A stretch of DNA of 64,000 bases from Raillietiella orientalis (lineage: Eukaryota), in NCBI GenBank assembly GCA_036172245.1, contig JAYWIR010000030.1:1178001-1242000 (forward strand), read 5' to 3'. The notes below the pieces were generated by a model. It was given only the letters and a program-made list of their open reading frames with translations, was not told where the DNA came from and did not search any database. Shown here one piece after another: positions 12,480-24,399 of this stretch. A program made the translations under genes and the position numbers. Each line of letters starts with the position of its first letter. Positions within the stretch are counted from its first letter, which is position 1.

Positions 12480-14800
12480 TCTTCCTCAGCAATGGTTCCT
12501 TGCTGCAACTCTTCGACGTACCCGTCGCCACTCTACGAATCCATACTGCTCCCCAAAGTTCCAAGTCTCGTTTTGTCGAAGATTCCATATACAGGATGTC
12601 CTATGCCCTCAGGCCATCCCGGAAGACTTTCCACTGCCTTCTGCCAGGTGTCTTGCTTCGCGCTTGCCGTGGAAATTCTGCCACTGCTCTTTGGAGCGTT
12701 CTGAACGTCTTCACCATTAGGTTTCACTGCTTCTTTGCAAGAGGGAATGATGAAAGCAGGAAACGGAGATCAAAATTGCCACAAACAATTGCCCTAATTG
12801 CGAGATCCACGATCTTTACGAGCTTCTCGCTCTCAGATGAGTGACTGCGTTCGCTAGAGAGGAGGCTGTGCTTCACTCGACATGGAGATCATGATGGCCA
12901 CTCAAGGAATTCATCTCAGGGGCATTCTGTTAGCGCGTGGCAGAGATCATTCCATTATCGTTTGGGAGTATTTGCTGAAGAAAGCTTAACGGACGCAGCA
13001 TCACTGCAGATCTCCATGGACGCTCAACAACAAGCAGTATAATCTGCAGGCGCATCCAACTGCCGGGCACCAGATCGGAACTGCACTCTTCCCCTAGGGT
13101 TTTTTGGTGATTCAGATGTTGCTGATTTTCGACATGAAGAAGTGAGTTCTAAAGGATCAACGCACGTTCGGGGAGCTCCAGAAAGTGCGCTGCTCGAACA
13201 TCCTGCTCCATCTGCTAACCAGGAGCGAAGAGTCTGTCAGAGGGCATCAGTGGTCCGAGGACACTCTGCTACTTCCATGAGCAGCAACATCACCTTCCTT
13301 GAGATCGAATGTCACGTGATTGCTGAACGACTGAGACGCAAATTGGTCCGGGGACTCAGGGTGCAGGCTGTACCCTTGCACAGCAACCACCTCTGATTTT
13401 TTTCGACAGGAAGGCTCAAGCCTTAGAGAGGCCGGAGTCAACTCAGCAGAGGTGCATGGAGTCAGCAGTACCTGGAAGGTTCGGCCGGGCTTGTAACTCA
13501 TAAAAGAATGACGGCTCACTGAGACCAAATCCGTTTCCCTGGAAGAGAGCGAGGGTCAACGTAGCCAAGTTTCTGGCAGATGTTCATGAAGGAACAGATC
13601 TCATGGTTTCGTTTCATGTCGACGTGAGATCCGAGTTGTGTATTATAAGGTAGCACTGCTGTTCATTCCGAAGACAGTGCCTGTTCTCCTTCTAAATGAT
13701 TCTCGATTCCTTCAGTGTTCCGAGGGTCATCAATACGAAAAGCTTTGAGGCTACAAATGCAACTTTGGTAGAGGAAGCAGATGGAAGCTTCCGCGTTCTC
13801 ACACACTGCACCGTGGATGAGTCTGTGTCGGAACTCAGGATTCTTCGGCAATCCACAGAGCCAGTTGTGAGTTCCGTCAGGTGTCGTGAATTTGTACTGT
13901 GATTCGTCATGATGCTGGATGTTGAATTCAGAGCCCTCTCTCACCTCTGTCCATTCTCTGCCCAAAGAAGCCTCCAAATTTGTCGCTACTTGGAGTCTTC
14001 ACATCTGAAAGGAAACTATTCTGTGTCCTTGATACTTTTTGTTTGACTTCGTTTGGTTCTTGAGGACTGGAATGCATCCAAGAGTGGAACAAGAAAAATC
14101 TGGATGACTTCCTATGCAGTTTTGAATACGACGCTGTTGTGTGAGGAACTCCGGTTCCATCACTTGTGATAATGCCCACTGGACCAAATCAAGGGGATGC
14201 CGCACGAAAAAAGAAAAAAAAAACAGTGGGGAGAGCATGTGACCCCAAGCAATTCCCTACTGATCGACTTGGAACTGCGTCGAGACTTCCATAAACCAGG
14301 AACGAGGTTTTGTTTCTTGCTCTTGCGAGGATCCATTGGAAGCTCTGGAGGAATCGAGACGAAGCGAGAAGAGCAAAGACCGAAATCTACTGCCCTACAC
14401 TTCCTCTGAGGGAGCACCTTCCTCAGGGTGAGCATTGGTCCCACAACATGCTCAAGTAGCCACGATCCCCTGCACGCATGCTGAGCCCTTGAAGGGAGGA
14501 ACGGCGCGCACCAACAGTCGGCATTCGCGGAGTATCGGATGACCGGTTAGGAACGTCGGCTGCCATAAACCACACCCACGGCAGCTGAGACCACGAATAA
14601 TCGGGAGGAACTGAAGAAAGAACCGGATCGCATGAAGATACTGGAGAATCCCTCGCCAGCATCCGTTGTGTGCACAGTGGGAACAAACCTTACACCGGAT
14701 TGAGTACAACAACTGAAGTGGCTCCTGCAAGGGCTACGAGATCACCTCACCATGATGGAATGTCATGATCTACATCTGTACTGCTATCTGCTTCCAGCAG
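12480..14800 (-). mobile_element. Decayed DIRS-like (tyrosine-recombinase) retrotransposon
   Basis: Minus-strand relics in DIRS order: RT-like YSWSQLPWVWFMAADV and LRKVLPQRK...DFG...VSIPPE...RELLG; RNase H-like TAVLPYNTQLG...NICQKLG...SLPGKR; then weak recombinase N-terminal similarity. Confidence 0.5.
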
Positions 14801-15299
14801 TATCCATGCAGGCTTTCTTCTAGGAGTCAGTTCGTCTTTCTTCTCCACCATCGTCTGCAACTTAGCTGGAGCGTGAGACTGGAAGTGTCACACCGCTGGT
14901 GTGCTGGTCTCCTACCCTAGTCCCGGTGCGACAGCGAATTTTTCGGTGGGACCGTGAACGGGCGCTCGTCCGCTGCTGCTCACTTCACGAGGAGTGCCGC
15001 GTGCGAGACCTCGCTTTCCTTGGCGGTAACCCTGCCAAGGAAAGCAAGAGCAATGAAGACCGCTCCAGGCAACGAAGGATACACTGGAGGAGGAAGAGGA
15101 CGGGAAGAAGAGAAAGAGGAAGAGGGAAAGATGGAGGAAGAGAGGAAGAGAAGAGACAGAAGGGAGGAGGAATAGGGAAGAACCAGTGCCCTTTTCGACG
15201 AATTGCCCCTCTTGAACGGTCGTCTTTTCCTCTCCGTACCACTCTGCTGTGTGGTGGCATCAGGGTGTGCTCCTGCTTCAGATAAGGGGTACCAGGTTC

Positions 15300-18200
15300 T
15301 TCTGCGCTTTCGCGAAACCTTCGTCTTTCTCGGTGCTGACGGATGTGCAAACGCTACTCAGCATCCTCAGCTCTGTGGCGTTCCCGCTTGCCCTGCAGAT
15401 GACGGCCGGATCCCTCTAAGGTGGGTCGTGTTGTGTGGTCGCTGCTGCCCTTCCCTCGGCTCTTATTACTGCCCCTTTTCCTCCCCAGTTGACAGAAACA
15501 TGCGAGCGAGACTTGGAGAGAGCTCCGGGAATTGCGCTCTGGAAGAAAGCAGCGACCTCGTCCCCGGGACTCCAGGGCGGGGAGACCGGCGCAGGGTCAG
15601 CAATCGGTTAGAGTCTGAGGGGAGAATACCCTGTCCCAGGGCTGCTGCAGCTCCGCGGCTTGTTCCGGACTCACTTCCCCTCCTCTTCGGGATGAACACG
15701 TAGGAGACACGCGGGTCGTTTGCGTCCGTCTTCCGGTAGGAAGACAAACCAGCCTGGTCGCCTCATCGCGGGGAGGCGGTTGCGCCTTCCCAGAATCAGT
15801 AAGGTGCCGCAGGTCGTGTCTCCTCCTTCCTCTTCCCTGCTCTCCTGGCTTTCGCGGAGGGACACGCGCGCACAAAAAACGGAACGTGCCATCCATCACG
15901 TTTGCAATTTCACGGCTGTCAGCATCCGTTAAACTCGGAGACTGCAAAGATTCCGCAGCCGGCTGCGGTGGCCGTGCGCGCCGCCTTCGGCCTAGAGCAG
16001 GCCGCTCCCGCTCTCTGCGCCTCCGGGACGAAGCGCCACTGCCGCCGGTTCTCGCAGATTAGACAGCGGGCGCTATCGATTTCGCAAGAAGCGCCGAAGA
16101 GGGCTGGCGCGCGTGCGGGGGCGTTCTCACGAGGTCCAGCGCCTTCTGACCAAACCGACACTTCTCCCGACGGGCTCGACAGCGGCGGCGCCTCTCCGAA
16201 CAAACTTTGTTCCAGGGAAGAGAGGGGGACTCTCCTCCTTTTTTTTCTCGCGAGAGACTAGGTCATGCGAGACCTTGAAGCTTCCCCCCGCTCACTCCCT
16301 CTCCGTGCCAGAAGGTCAGATTCCAGACGCTCACTCTGAGCGACAGGACCGGGAGAAGGAGGAGTCGTAAGAGAGGGGAGGAGATGTTCCTACAGCGACC
16401 CGGAGAGGCAAAGGAGGTTCCGAGAGGAGGAATAAGAGAAAGAGTTCGATGCTACTGCGGCTCAGGAGGTGACCTGCCGTGTAGCGGGCGACCTGCCGCG
16501 CCCACCGCTAAATGCAAAACGCCTCGGCTGGCGAGTGGTGCTACTCCCAGGGATCCCGCTCAGAGCCAGAGAAATTCCTTCTCGGAATCCTCCTTAGAAG
16601 ATTCTAGATCCCAGGATTGCCGACCAGTGTCTTTCAGTCCTTCTCCTACATAGCCAGCAGTACTGCCATCTTGCTGGTGAACGGAGACCTCCCCCAGGGA
16701 GGGCCTCCGATACGGAAGGAACGGAAGTGGTGGGACGCCGTCCACTGGTGTTGAACAGTTCTTCCAAAGGAAGTCTTTTTCCTCCACTTCCTCTTCTCCT
16801 TTGTTCTCTTCCTCCCTCCTTCGGGAATACCCTCCCAATCGGGATGGGGCCTTCCTATCACTCTTCGACGGGTGCAGGCGTCTCCTAGAGACGGTAGCAC
16901 TTTGCTTTTCGATTTCGGCGGCTGGGCGGCTCGCACTCAGAAGTTCCAAATCAACTAAGAGGAAAAGAGGAAGAGAGGAAGAGAGGAAGAGAGGAAGAGA
17001 GGAAGAGAGGAAGAGAGGAAGAAAGGAAGAGAGGAAGAGGAAGAGTGGAAGAGATGTCCTGCCCCTGGAAATTTCCGCAATCCTGGAAATGCGGATGTTT
17101 CCAGGAGCAGATCCTGCTGGGTAGCACCGGGGAACCGAGGTTCCCCTGTCGTGCTCTTCCCTGCGTGACAGGGCTGCAGGTCACTTCCCACCCGCAGGGC
17201 ATCTCGGAAACAAACGGAGAGGCAGGTTCCGTTGCCGAGCGACGCCATCTTCGTCTTCCGTAACTGGAGAATAGTGAGTCCAAGAACCCCGCTGGAAGTG
17301 GCGTTCGCCAACTCGGCCGCTCACGGACCGTCCGAGCAGAGATGCTCCTCCACCCGCCTCCTCGAGCGAGGGCAGTCTCGCGGGTCACGGCAAGAGCGGA
17401 TTCTCCCGGTGGGAAAAAACGCGCTGCTGGAGAAGTTCGACACGCTGACTTCCCGAAGGCGATCTCCCCGAAGAGCAGGGGGGAGTGCGTACGAGGGAGA
17501 TCGCGATCTGATGATCTGGCAGGATGGGAACTTTTCAGTTTCCGTAGAAGCTCCGTCTTGGACCCGTCATGAGGCACCCGGAACCCCTTCCGGGCTGCTG
17601 AAGGCTCCTCCTCGGGTTCCGTATCGTGCTCCGCTTCCTTCGCGCGCCCACAGCGAGCACCGAGGCTCACGCAGGATCATCCCGCGAAGCTGCCTGGCGT
17701 CTTCTCCGTGTGTCGCCACTCCTGCCCCAGCTGACCCTCTTTCCCAACTCCTCCTCCCGAAGGTCTGCATCCTTCCGATCCTTGGATGCGACGCGATTCA
17801 CCTGCTCGGTGCGATGGCAGGAATTCTGGCTGGACTGGCGACACTTTCCAGGGAATCTTCTCGCGCCTCACCGTGTGGCTCAAGAGCCGCTTCCTATTCT
17901 ACGAGAGTCCGACTGAAGCCCCTGCGGGCGCGACCGGTGGCTGTGCATAGGGAACACCATTGGCTCCGAAGCGCCGTGGATCTCCAGTTCAGAATTGGTT
18001 CCAGTAATGCATTCTGTGAATTGCAACGGGAATACGCTGTCCGGCGCTCTGTGAGGGCCGGCGAGAAAGACGCCAGGCATGGGAACGAGCACGTCCTTCG
18101 CGTACCTGCGATCCTCTTCCTCTCTTTCAGGGTTGTTCGCCCCAACCCCCTTTCCCCTTTTCTTTCTTTCCGTGCCCTGCTCTGGAAGCATTCGGACACT
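15300..18200 (+). mobile_element. Heavily deleted L1/Tx1-like element
   Basis: RT-like FLLGILLRRF...STAILLVNGDL (~16570-16690) and LALRSSKS (~16930-16950); zf-RVT-like REAAWRLL...FTCSVRWQEFW (17680-17830); pyrimidine-rich 3' UTR at ~18110-18180. Confidence 0.55.
16966..17053. repeat. (GGAAGAGA)n 8-bp tandem repeat, about 10 units
   Basis: Directly visible purine tandem array inside the LINE relic. Confidence 0.95.
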
Positions 18201-18988
18201 GGGGGCCATCCGTCGAAGAAGCCGCTCAACATCCGTCCGTCGTCACCGGCTGCCGCGCGCAGTCGGCGCGGGTATCTCGCCCGCTAAGAAGGGATCTTGA
18301 GCATCCGGCTGCGGTGAAGGAAAAAGTCAGGGGAACTCCGGGAAAATTTCCCCCTGGTTCTACTGAGCTCCGCCCGGCGCGCGGAGTTCTCGCAGCGGTA
18401 CTTAGGCGGAGAAAGATGATACGTTCGCAGCCTTTTCGATTCGAAGACTAAGCCTCTCCTTCCGATCTCCGTTCGGCTATGTGACTTCCGGGGAGACGCT
18501 TACAGGCTCATCAGCTTCCACGACGCAATTCCTAAAGCAGGCAGTTAGCGGACGGGGAGCTAGATGGTGCTGAGTCCGTACAGACTGGACGGAAGTTTTC
18601 GCGAACTCGCGTTCGCGTCCCCAATGCGTGTGGAAATGAGCTTAGACAACGGAGCGGATAAAAAGATAGTGGGGAGATGATTCATGGTGTGCACGGGCAT
18701 CCTCGCAAGTCTGAAGACGGCGGGAAAAACCAAGTTTCCTAGCCGACGGAACAGGCGCTGGAGATGTCGGCGGCATAAGCGGGGACTTAGCGTGGGGAGC
18801 TCGAGAGGTTTCTTAGACCGGAATTTCGAAAGACCGAAGTCATACGGAAGCGTGGGAGACGTCCATTCGATGAGGGCATCTTGGATCTGCAGCACAGAAA
18901 TGCCAACAACAGCTTCCTAGAGACAGTTGTGCGTTGAACGTACATTGGGCCTTCCACACCAGGCTTCAAAGATGTAGAAAACTCTAAT

Positions 18989-19262
18989 GTATCTCAAGGT
19001 TGCTGCAAACCAAGATATGGATATAAACACCGAGCTGGAGGAGGCTGGAGCGTTACTTTGGGCAGCAGCGTGCACCACACCCAGGGTTCTGTACTGGGGC
19101 CTTTAATGTTTTGGCGAGATTAGGTTGGTCACCTTGAGACGGCACTTCGGTCTCCAGTACAGAGCCCTAGGCGTGGTGCACGCTGCTGCCCAAAGTAACG
19201 CTCCAGCCTGCCCCATTTCGGCGTTTATATCCATATCTTGGTTTGCAGCAACCTTGAGATAC
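18989..19262. mobile_element. Foldback / MITE-like element with ~113-bp inverted arms
   Basis: Arm 18989-19101 is the reverse complement of ~19149-19262 with about 10 differences; spacer ~47 bp. Termini can be read as TA|TCTCAAGG...CCTTGAGA|TA. The inverted repeat is certain; the MITE identity is inferred. Confidence 0.8.
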
Positions 19263-22200
19263 TGTCCGGAGTGTTACTGATTCTCTGTTAGCGAGGGATG
19301 TTCTCCTTCCTGTCTGCCCGTACTGCGAAGTGGTGGTTCTCTGCTGCTTCCTTCCCATTCGAGGCTGACAGGGAGAGCTCGAAACCTTCCTGACGCGCGG
19401 CGAGATCCGAAAGGATGGCGCGAAACGAGAAGAGAGGACTCTGCGCCACATCAGTGGGGGTGCACCAGCGGTGGTGCACAGCTCCTTCCAGGGGAGAGGT
19501 GAGGACACGCGTCCTTGTCGTCCAAATGCTTTCAGGACCTGATGATTCCAGATTTCACGTTCTGTCCGCCGTGGAGTCCGCATGCATCCATCATAGAGCG
19601 TGCGGACGCGATTTCCTCACTGTGCGGCGCTGTAAATAAATCTAGAAGTAATTTCCGGTTTTGACCTGGGGGACACTTTCCGCAACTGAATTTCCACACT
19701 GCTTTCTATTCCGAGATTTGCGATTCATTGTCTCAGCATTTACCATGGCAACTGCAATCATTTGAACATCCTCCATGCGTCATCCGGCAGCGAAACAATC
19801 TGTTCTCCCTTCGAGGAACACGGAAGAAAAAGGTGAGCTGGCGGGCTTTTCGCGTTCTGCTCGAGGCTGAAAACGGACAAACATTTGCAAGGAGGAAGAT
19901 AAATTGCCCCATCTCCCCACGTGAAAGACAAGACCTCAAAAAAAAAAAAAAAAAGGAAAAAGAAAGAAACAAACACGATCGCATGTTTAGGAGATGTTTG
20001 GCTCGCTCCCGTGATGCGTTCGTTGTGAACCGGGATCACTGGATGAATCCGAGCCCGGGATGATGAGTCCCTTCGCTTAGTCGTAGTAGCAGCGAAACGA
20101 TGTTGCAGTTCTGGAACGTGAAGTAATCTGATTAAAGCGTCATCAACTGACAGTCTAATTCTAAGGAGAACGGGGATCTCTTTGATGATGGAAATTCATA
20201 AAGAGGGAAATGACATCTCAAATAAAGTTTATGCTGAGCGCATTCCTTCTCATTTCTCAATAGCTCAATGCGCCATAATAAAGAGGGAATGGCAGAGTGG
20301 AGGAGGAGAAGGGGTCGTTGCCGTTATATCTCAAACCGGCGAGGAGTTCGAGAGGCGAGCAGGGAGGCTGCGGCTGCGTCGCCGTTCGAGTGAAGTTCCC
20401 GGCCGAAAGCGACGGTTTCTCTCTGCCCCGCGCGTCTGCCGGACGCATCTGACGGCGAGGTCCATTTGTGTACGCCGCCACCAGCCAAGGACTCCTCCGT
20501 GAAGAACGGATTGGTTCCTATGGAATCATAAAAATTCAAATCTTTCCGCCTCTTTGCGCACGGCGATCCAGAAGGTTCGGGAAAAGCTGTTGAAACGGAA
20601 TGGCATCCGCGTCTCAGGATGCGGGAAACGGTGCTGCGAGAATGGCGGCAGCGTCGGCTGATCCAGAGAATAGCGCCAGGGACAATTTGCGAACCAAATG
20701 ACACTACTAGGGGCGTGGGGGGGGGGGGGGGAAGTGAGGGGGGGGGGGTTTATTAGCAGACTGAACTGTCGTTTGACTGAAGATCAAGTTCGGAGCACAC
20801 GGGAGAGCGGAGCACGGAAGAAAAAACAAAAACAAAAAAAACTTCAAAGTGTTTCCTTCCGCGACCTGATAACGAATCTCGGGATGGTTGCGAAATTCCC
20901 AATCTTCCGGATAACACTTGAAGTATTTGCGCTTCCAATCGATGGGGATGATAAGGGGAGTTCGAGTGAATTCCCGGGAACAAAAGTGGAATCCACGTAA
21001 ACTGCATTCCTCGAGCGAGAGCAGCACCTTTTCCACTGGGGCGCTGCTGCTCAAGACCTCAAGATGTCAAGCAGTTTCTTACGGCCGAGATGAGTCCCGT
21101 TCGATGGATCCATAAGCAGCGCCTTGGGCGCGGTGGTCCTCGCCACCGTACCGTGGGCTTCGATCTAGTTCAGCGCCAAAGTCTCGGCTTGACGACGTGA
21201 TCACGCGTTACGGAGCTTTAAATTCCGAGCAGTATTTGATGCACAGTTAATGACAGAATCAGTGGAAAGTAAAAACAAAAAACAAAAACGAGGGAATTAT
21301 GGATAAACAAGGAACTCGAGTGGGGGTAACGCTGCGTCAGTGTGAAATTCGGCGAAGAAGTCATGCGATAAATCACAACTATTTCCCTCTGATAAACATC
21401 GAATCCTCTCTCGAGAATCCCTGGAAACTCCTGGTGATAATGTCTGAAGGCATTCTTATTTATTGATGGGCTTTTAAAAGGATAAAGGGTTTCTCCATGA
21501 GGGTCATTTAAAAAGGAAGGTCGGCTGCTTCCTGCAGCCGCTGCAATGATTTTGCTGCGGTGTAATAATTCCTTACACGAGTGCGATGACATTATAAAGT
21601 GGAGATCAGTTCAGACTTCTGGTGACTTGCTGTACCCTTAGGTGAAAAATGGCTGCTCTGCAAGATACATCGTTCCCAGCCCAAATGAGCACAGCGATTC
21701 GATTGGAAAAACGTTTGTGCGGAGACTCCGGTCTTTCTCTTCGGAGTGGGAGATACGGCAGCATGCGTGAAGAGGGCGCGCATAAATTTCGGGAGGGAAG
21801 GTGCCGAACCGGCGTCAAACGGGAACGGCTGCGAGCCGAGAACTTCGCTGCATTTTTAATAGGGGGAATCTGGATCAGCCGGGAGCGAGGTGTGCGGAGA
21901 GAGTTCCGCAGAGGTCTGCTCCGGCGCTCGCAGCGGTCGCTCGTGATGAGGTGGGTGCCCTAACAGCCAGCTCGGGAAGGCTCCCGAAGATTCAGGGCGA
22001 CGGCTTAATCTCCCGAGTGGGATCTCCCTTGAGAGCCGCAAACGAAATTCGAACCAGAACTCTGTTGCTCACCTTTCGCCATCGCATTTCCAGACGCCCG
22101 AAAGTGTCTGGAACTTTGACTCCCGTTCGAAGAAGGCATCTCCCGGTTGCAGACTCTGCCTCCGATCCATTTAGAGAGCGGCAGTCAAGACCTTCCTTCC

Positions 22201-22959
22201 TTTGCTTGCCCGGTGGGTAACTCGAACCGCTCAAACGTCCAGCATGCGTCTCTTTCCTGCAGCAGGAGATGGACGGCAGTAAAACGGCGGCTGAAGAAAA
22301 AACAAAAACAAAAACGAGTGGACTCGGTAGAGTTGTCTAGGTGGCTGCAAGCATCTCAGACACGGCAATCTCCAAGGCGCGCTGCAGTCATCCCCTTCCT
22401 GAAAGACCTCGAAACCGCAAGCTCTGGATGGCAGAGAAAATTGCACCGGGATGCTTCTTCCAGCGAGGCTCCGGCGCATTCGAGTCGGTGGCTCTTGGAG
22501 CTTCAGGCCCCCGAGCGCAGTTGCTGGAACACCCGCCATCGGCATATGCAAGGCTCCCGCGTCCCGGAAACACGGAGTTTCCGAATTCCCAAAGAAATCC
22601 CGTCCTCCCCAGCATCACGTCGACCGATCTTTCAGTACTCAAAGTCGGCGTGCGTGCTTGAAATGCGGGATGAGCACGCGTTCCAGAAAGAGAAAGCGTC
22701 CTTTCCCAAATGGAGGAATGCATGATTGTGGAGGAAACAAGGGAAGGATGGAATACTGCCTCACGTGTAAGGTGTGCTCCCATTGGAGGGATGCTGCTTG
22801 CCATTTAAGACCTTTTGATTATCTTCTTTCTGTGTGAGTGAAGGCATTTTTTTTTTTTTTTTTAAATTTGAGCACCTTCCGCTTGAACACGCCCCGCTCG
22901 GAGTTTCAGTTCAATCTGGAGAAAACCCAAAAAAAGCGCCAGTGGTTGCAGCTACTTTG

Positions 22960-23480
22960 AGCTCCCGCGGTGGTCACCATCAGGGCGTTGGCAGCTACTT
23001 CCTACTCTGAAAGTTTCCGCGCCTTGCTTAGGATCCGGTTCGGGGTTGTTCCCCTGTTTATCCGACGGGATTGCAGCTTGACTTCGATCCGGGAATCGCA
23101 GGCTTTTAAAAGAATAAAGGATTTTAATAGAGGGTACGGTTTTAATTTCAATAGGTGGACGGATGGTGGGAGTCGCAGGCAGCGATTTCTCGTTTCCGAG
23201 ATGCTTCGTGGGTGTGCGGCTGCTTCTCGGCACGGGTGCATCCGCTGCTCCCGAAATCTCCCGGTGACTTCTGAGCCACCGTCCCGAGCTCCGATGTCGG
23301 ATCTCTGCGTTTCAGAGGAGCAGACAGTGAGAGGCTGGGCGGGTCCTTCGGTGGATGTCTCAGAACCAAGGAGGAGGAGAAGCATGAGGACAGGTCGCGT
23401 GGAGACTCCTCTCCCCGCATGTATCACAGGGGCGGCGTCGCGGAAGTCCGTTAAGACTAAGTCCTGCGATACGGCATAGG
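22960..23480 (+). mobile_element. L1/Tx1-like ORF1 relic
   Basis: VTIRAL...LLRIRFGVV and, in a shifted frame, LISIGGRMVGV...PRCF, resembling the ORF1 RRM plus a decayed zinc knuckle. Confidence 0.35.
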
Positions 23481-23553
23481 AACCAACCTCTCCTGAGGTG
23501 CGGGTTCGTTACCACTGTTCCCAAGGAAACCACTCTCGGGAGCCACATGGACC

Positions 23554-23775
23554 GCGTTAGTAACCGTGTGGCTGGCGGTCTCCGCTCGTGGCACTGAGAG
23601 TCGAGGGTTCGGATCCCCACGTGGGTTTCGAGTTCTCCCCGCAGGATGGCGCTGGTTGGTCCATTCGGGCACGGGCACCGCTGGAAGCCGGGAGCCCCCG
23701 TTGACTGGCCGGGATCGACAGCTGACCCTCCGCGGTTCCTTTCAGGAATCAATAAGTCCTTCGGTTATGAAAATG
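23554..23775 (+). mobile_element. tRNA-derived SINE, 5' part
   Basis: A-box-like TGGCTGGCGG and B-box GGTTCGGATCC (23606-23616); body aligns with the copies at 29192, 51517 and 60129. Confidence 0.75.
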
Positions 23776-23799
23776 TAGCCGCCCCTCCGCCCTTGGTGA

Positions 23800-24279
23800 A
23801 CCCACCGACAATCCCAGAGACGTGATGAAGCGTCTCTTCGTGCGCAATGCCCTTTCTCCTGCTGCATCCCTAGCAGCTCTTTGCTGCTGCCTACGTCGGA
23901 TTGTGGCGGTCTGGAGCTACGCGAGAGGATGACGGCACGATAGGGACGCTATCTGCTTCGCCCAGTGCTTCCTGAGGACGGCAGCAAGATGGTCCCACCT
24001 GGGACATACTCAGGTGGAACTTGCCTGCATCCTGGAAAGGATACAGAAGATGCCCTCCAGCGGATAGCGATCCCTTTCCGTGCTCCCAAGAGTTTTTTTT
24101 TTACTGATTTTTATTTTTGTTTGCCCTTCCTCTTTGTTGCCGAGGCAAAACTCTCTGGCCTGCATGCCGGTTACTCAGCAGGTTCCAAGAATTTTTGGAC
24201 AATGTAGGCTCGATGGCCCTACACATTTATTTTGTACTATTTTTTATAATAAACTTCCCGGCTTGACCGGGTGATAAAC
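23800..24279 (+). mobile_element. L1/Tx1-like 3' end (ORF2 C-terminus plus 3' UTR)
   Basis: KRLFVRNALSPAASLAALCCCLRRIVAVW...DAICF...FLRTAARW is clearly homologous to 11990-12180 and 25915-26080. AATAAA at 24248 is followed by CCCGGCTTGACCGGGTG. Confidence 0.75.
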
Positions 24280-24399
24280 CCTAACTTGAAGAATCACTAC
24301 ACGCGCCCTCGGGCGGCATGGATAGAGTCCCCTCGTACTCAGGACCGGGGTCAACATCGGCAGGAAGATACCGGGACCCTGACCGGGGTGCGTGACGTA

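Noticed and set aside
18560..18960. Possible integrase or transposase remnant beside the foldback element
   Set aside because: No convincing DDE motif in any frame.
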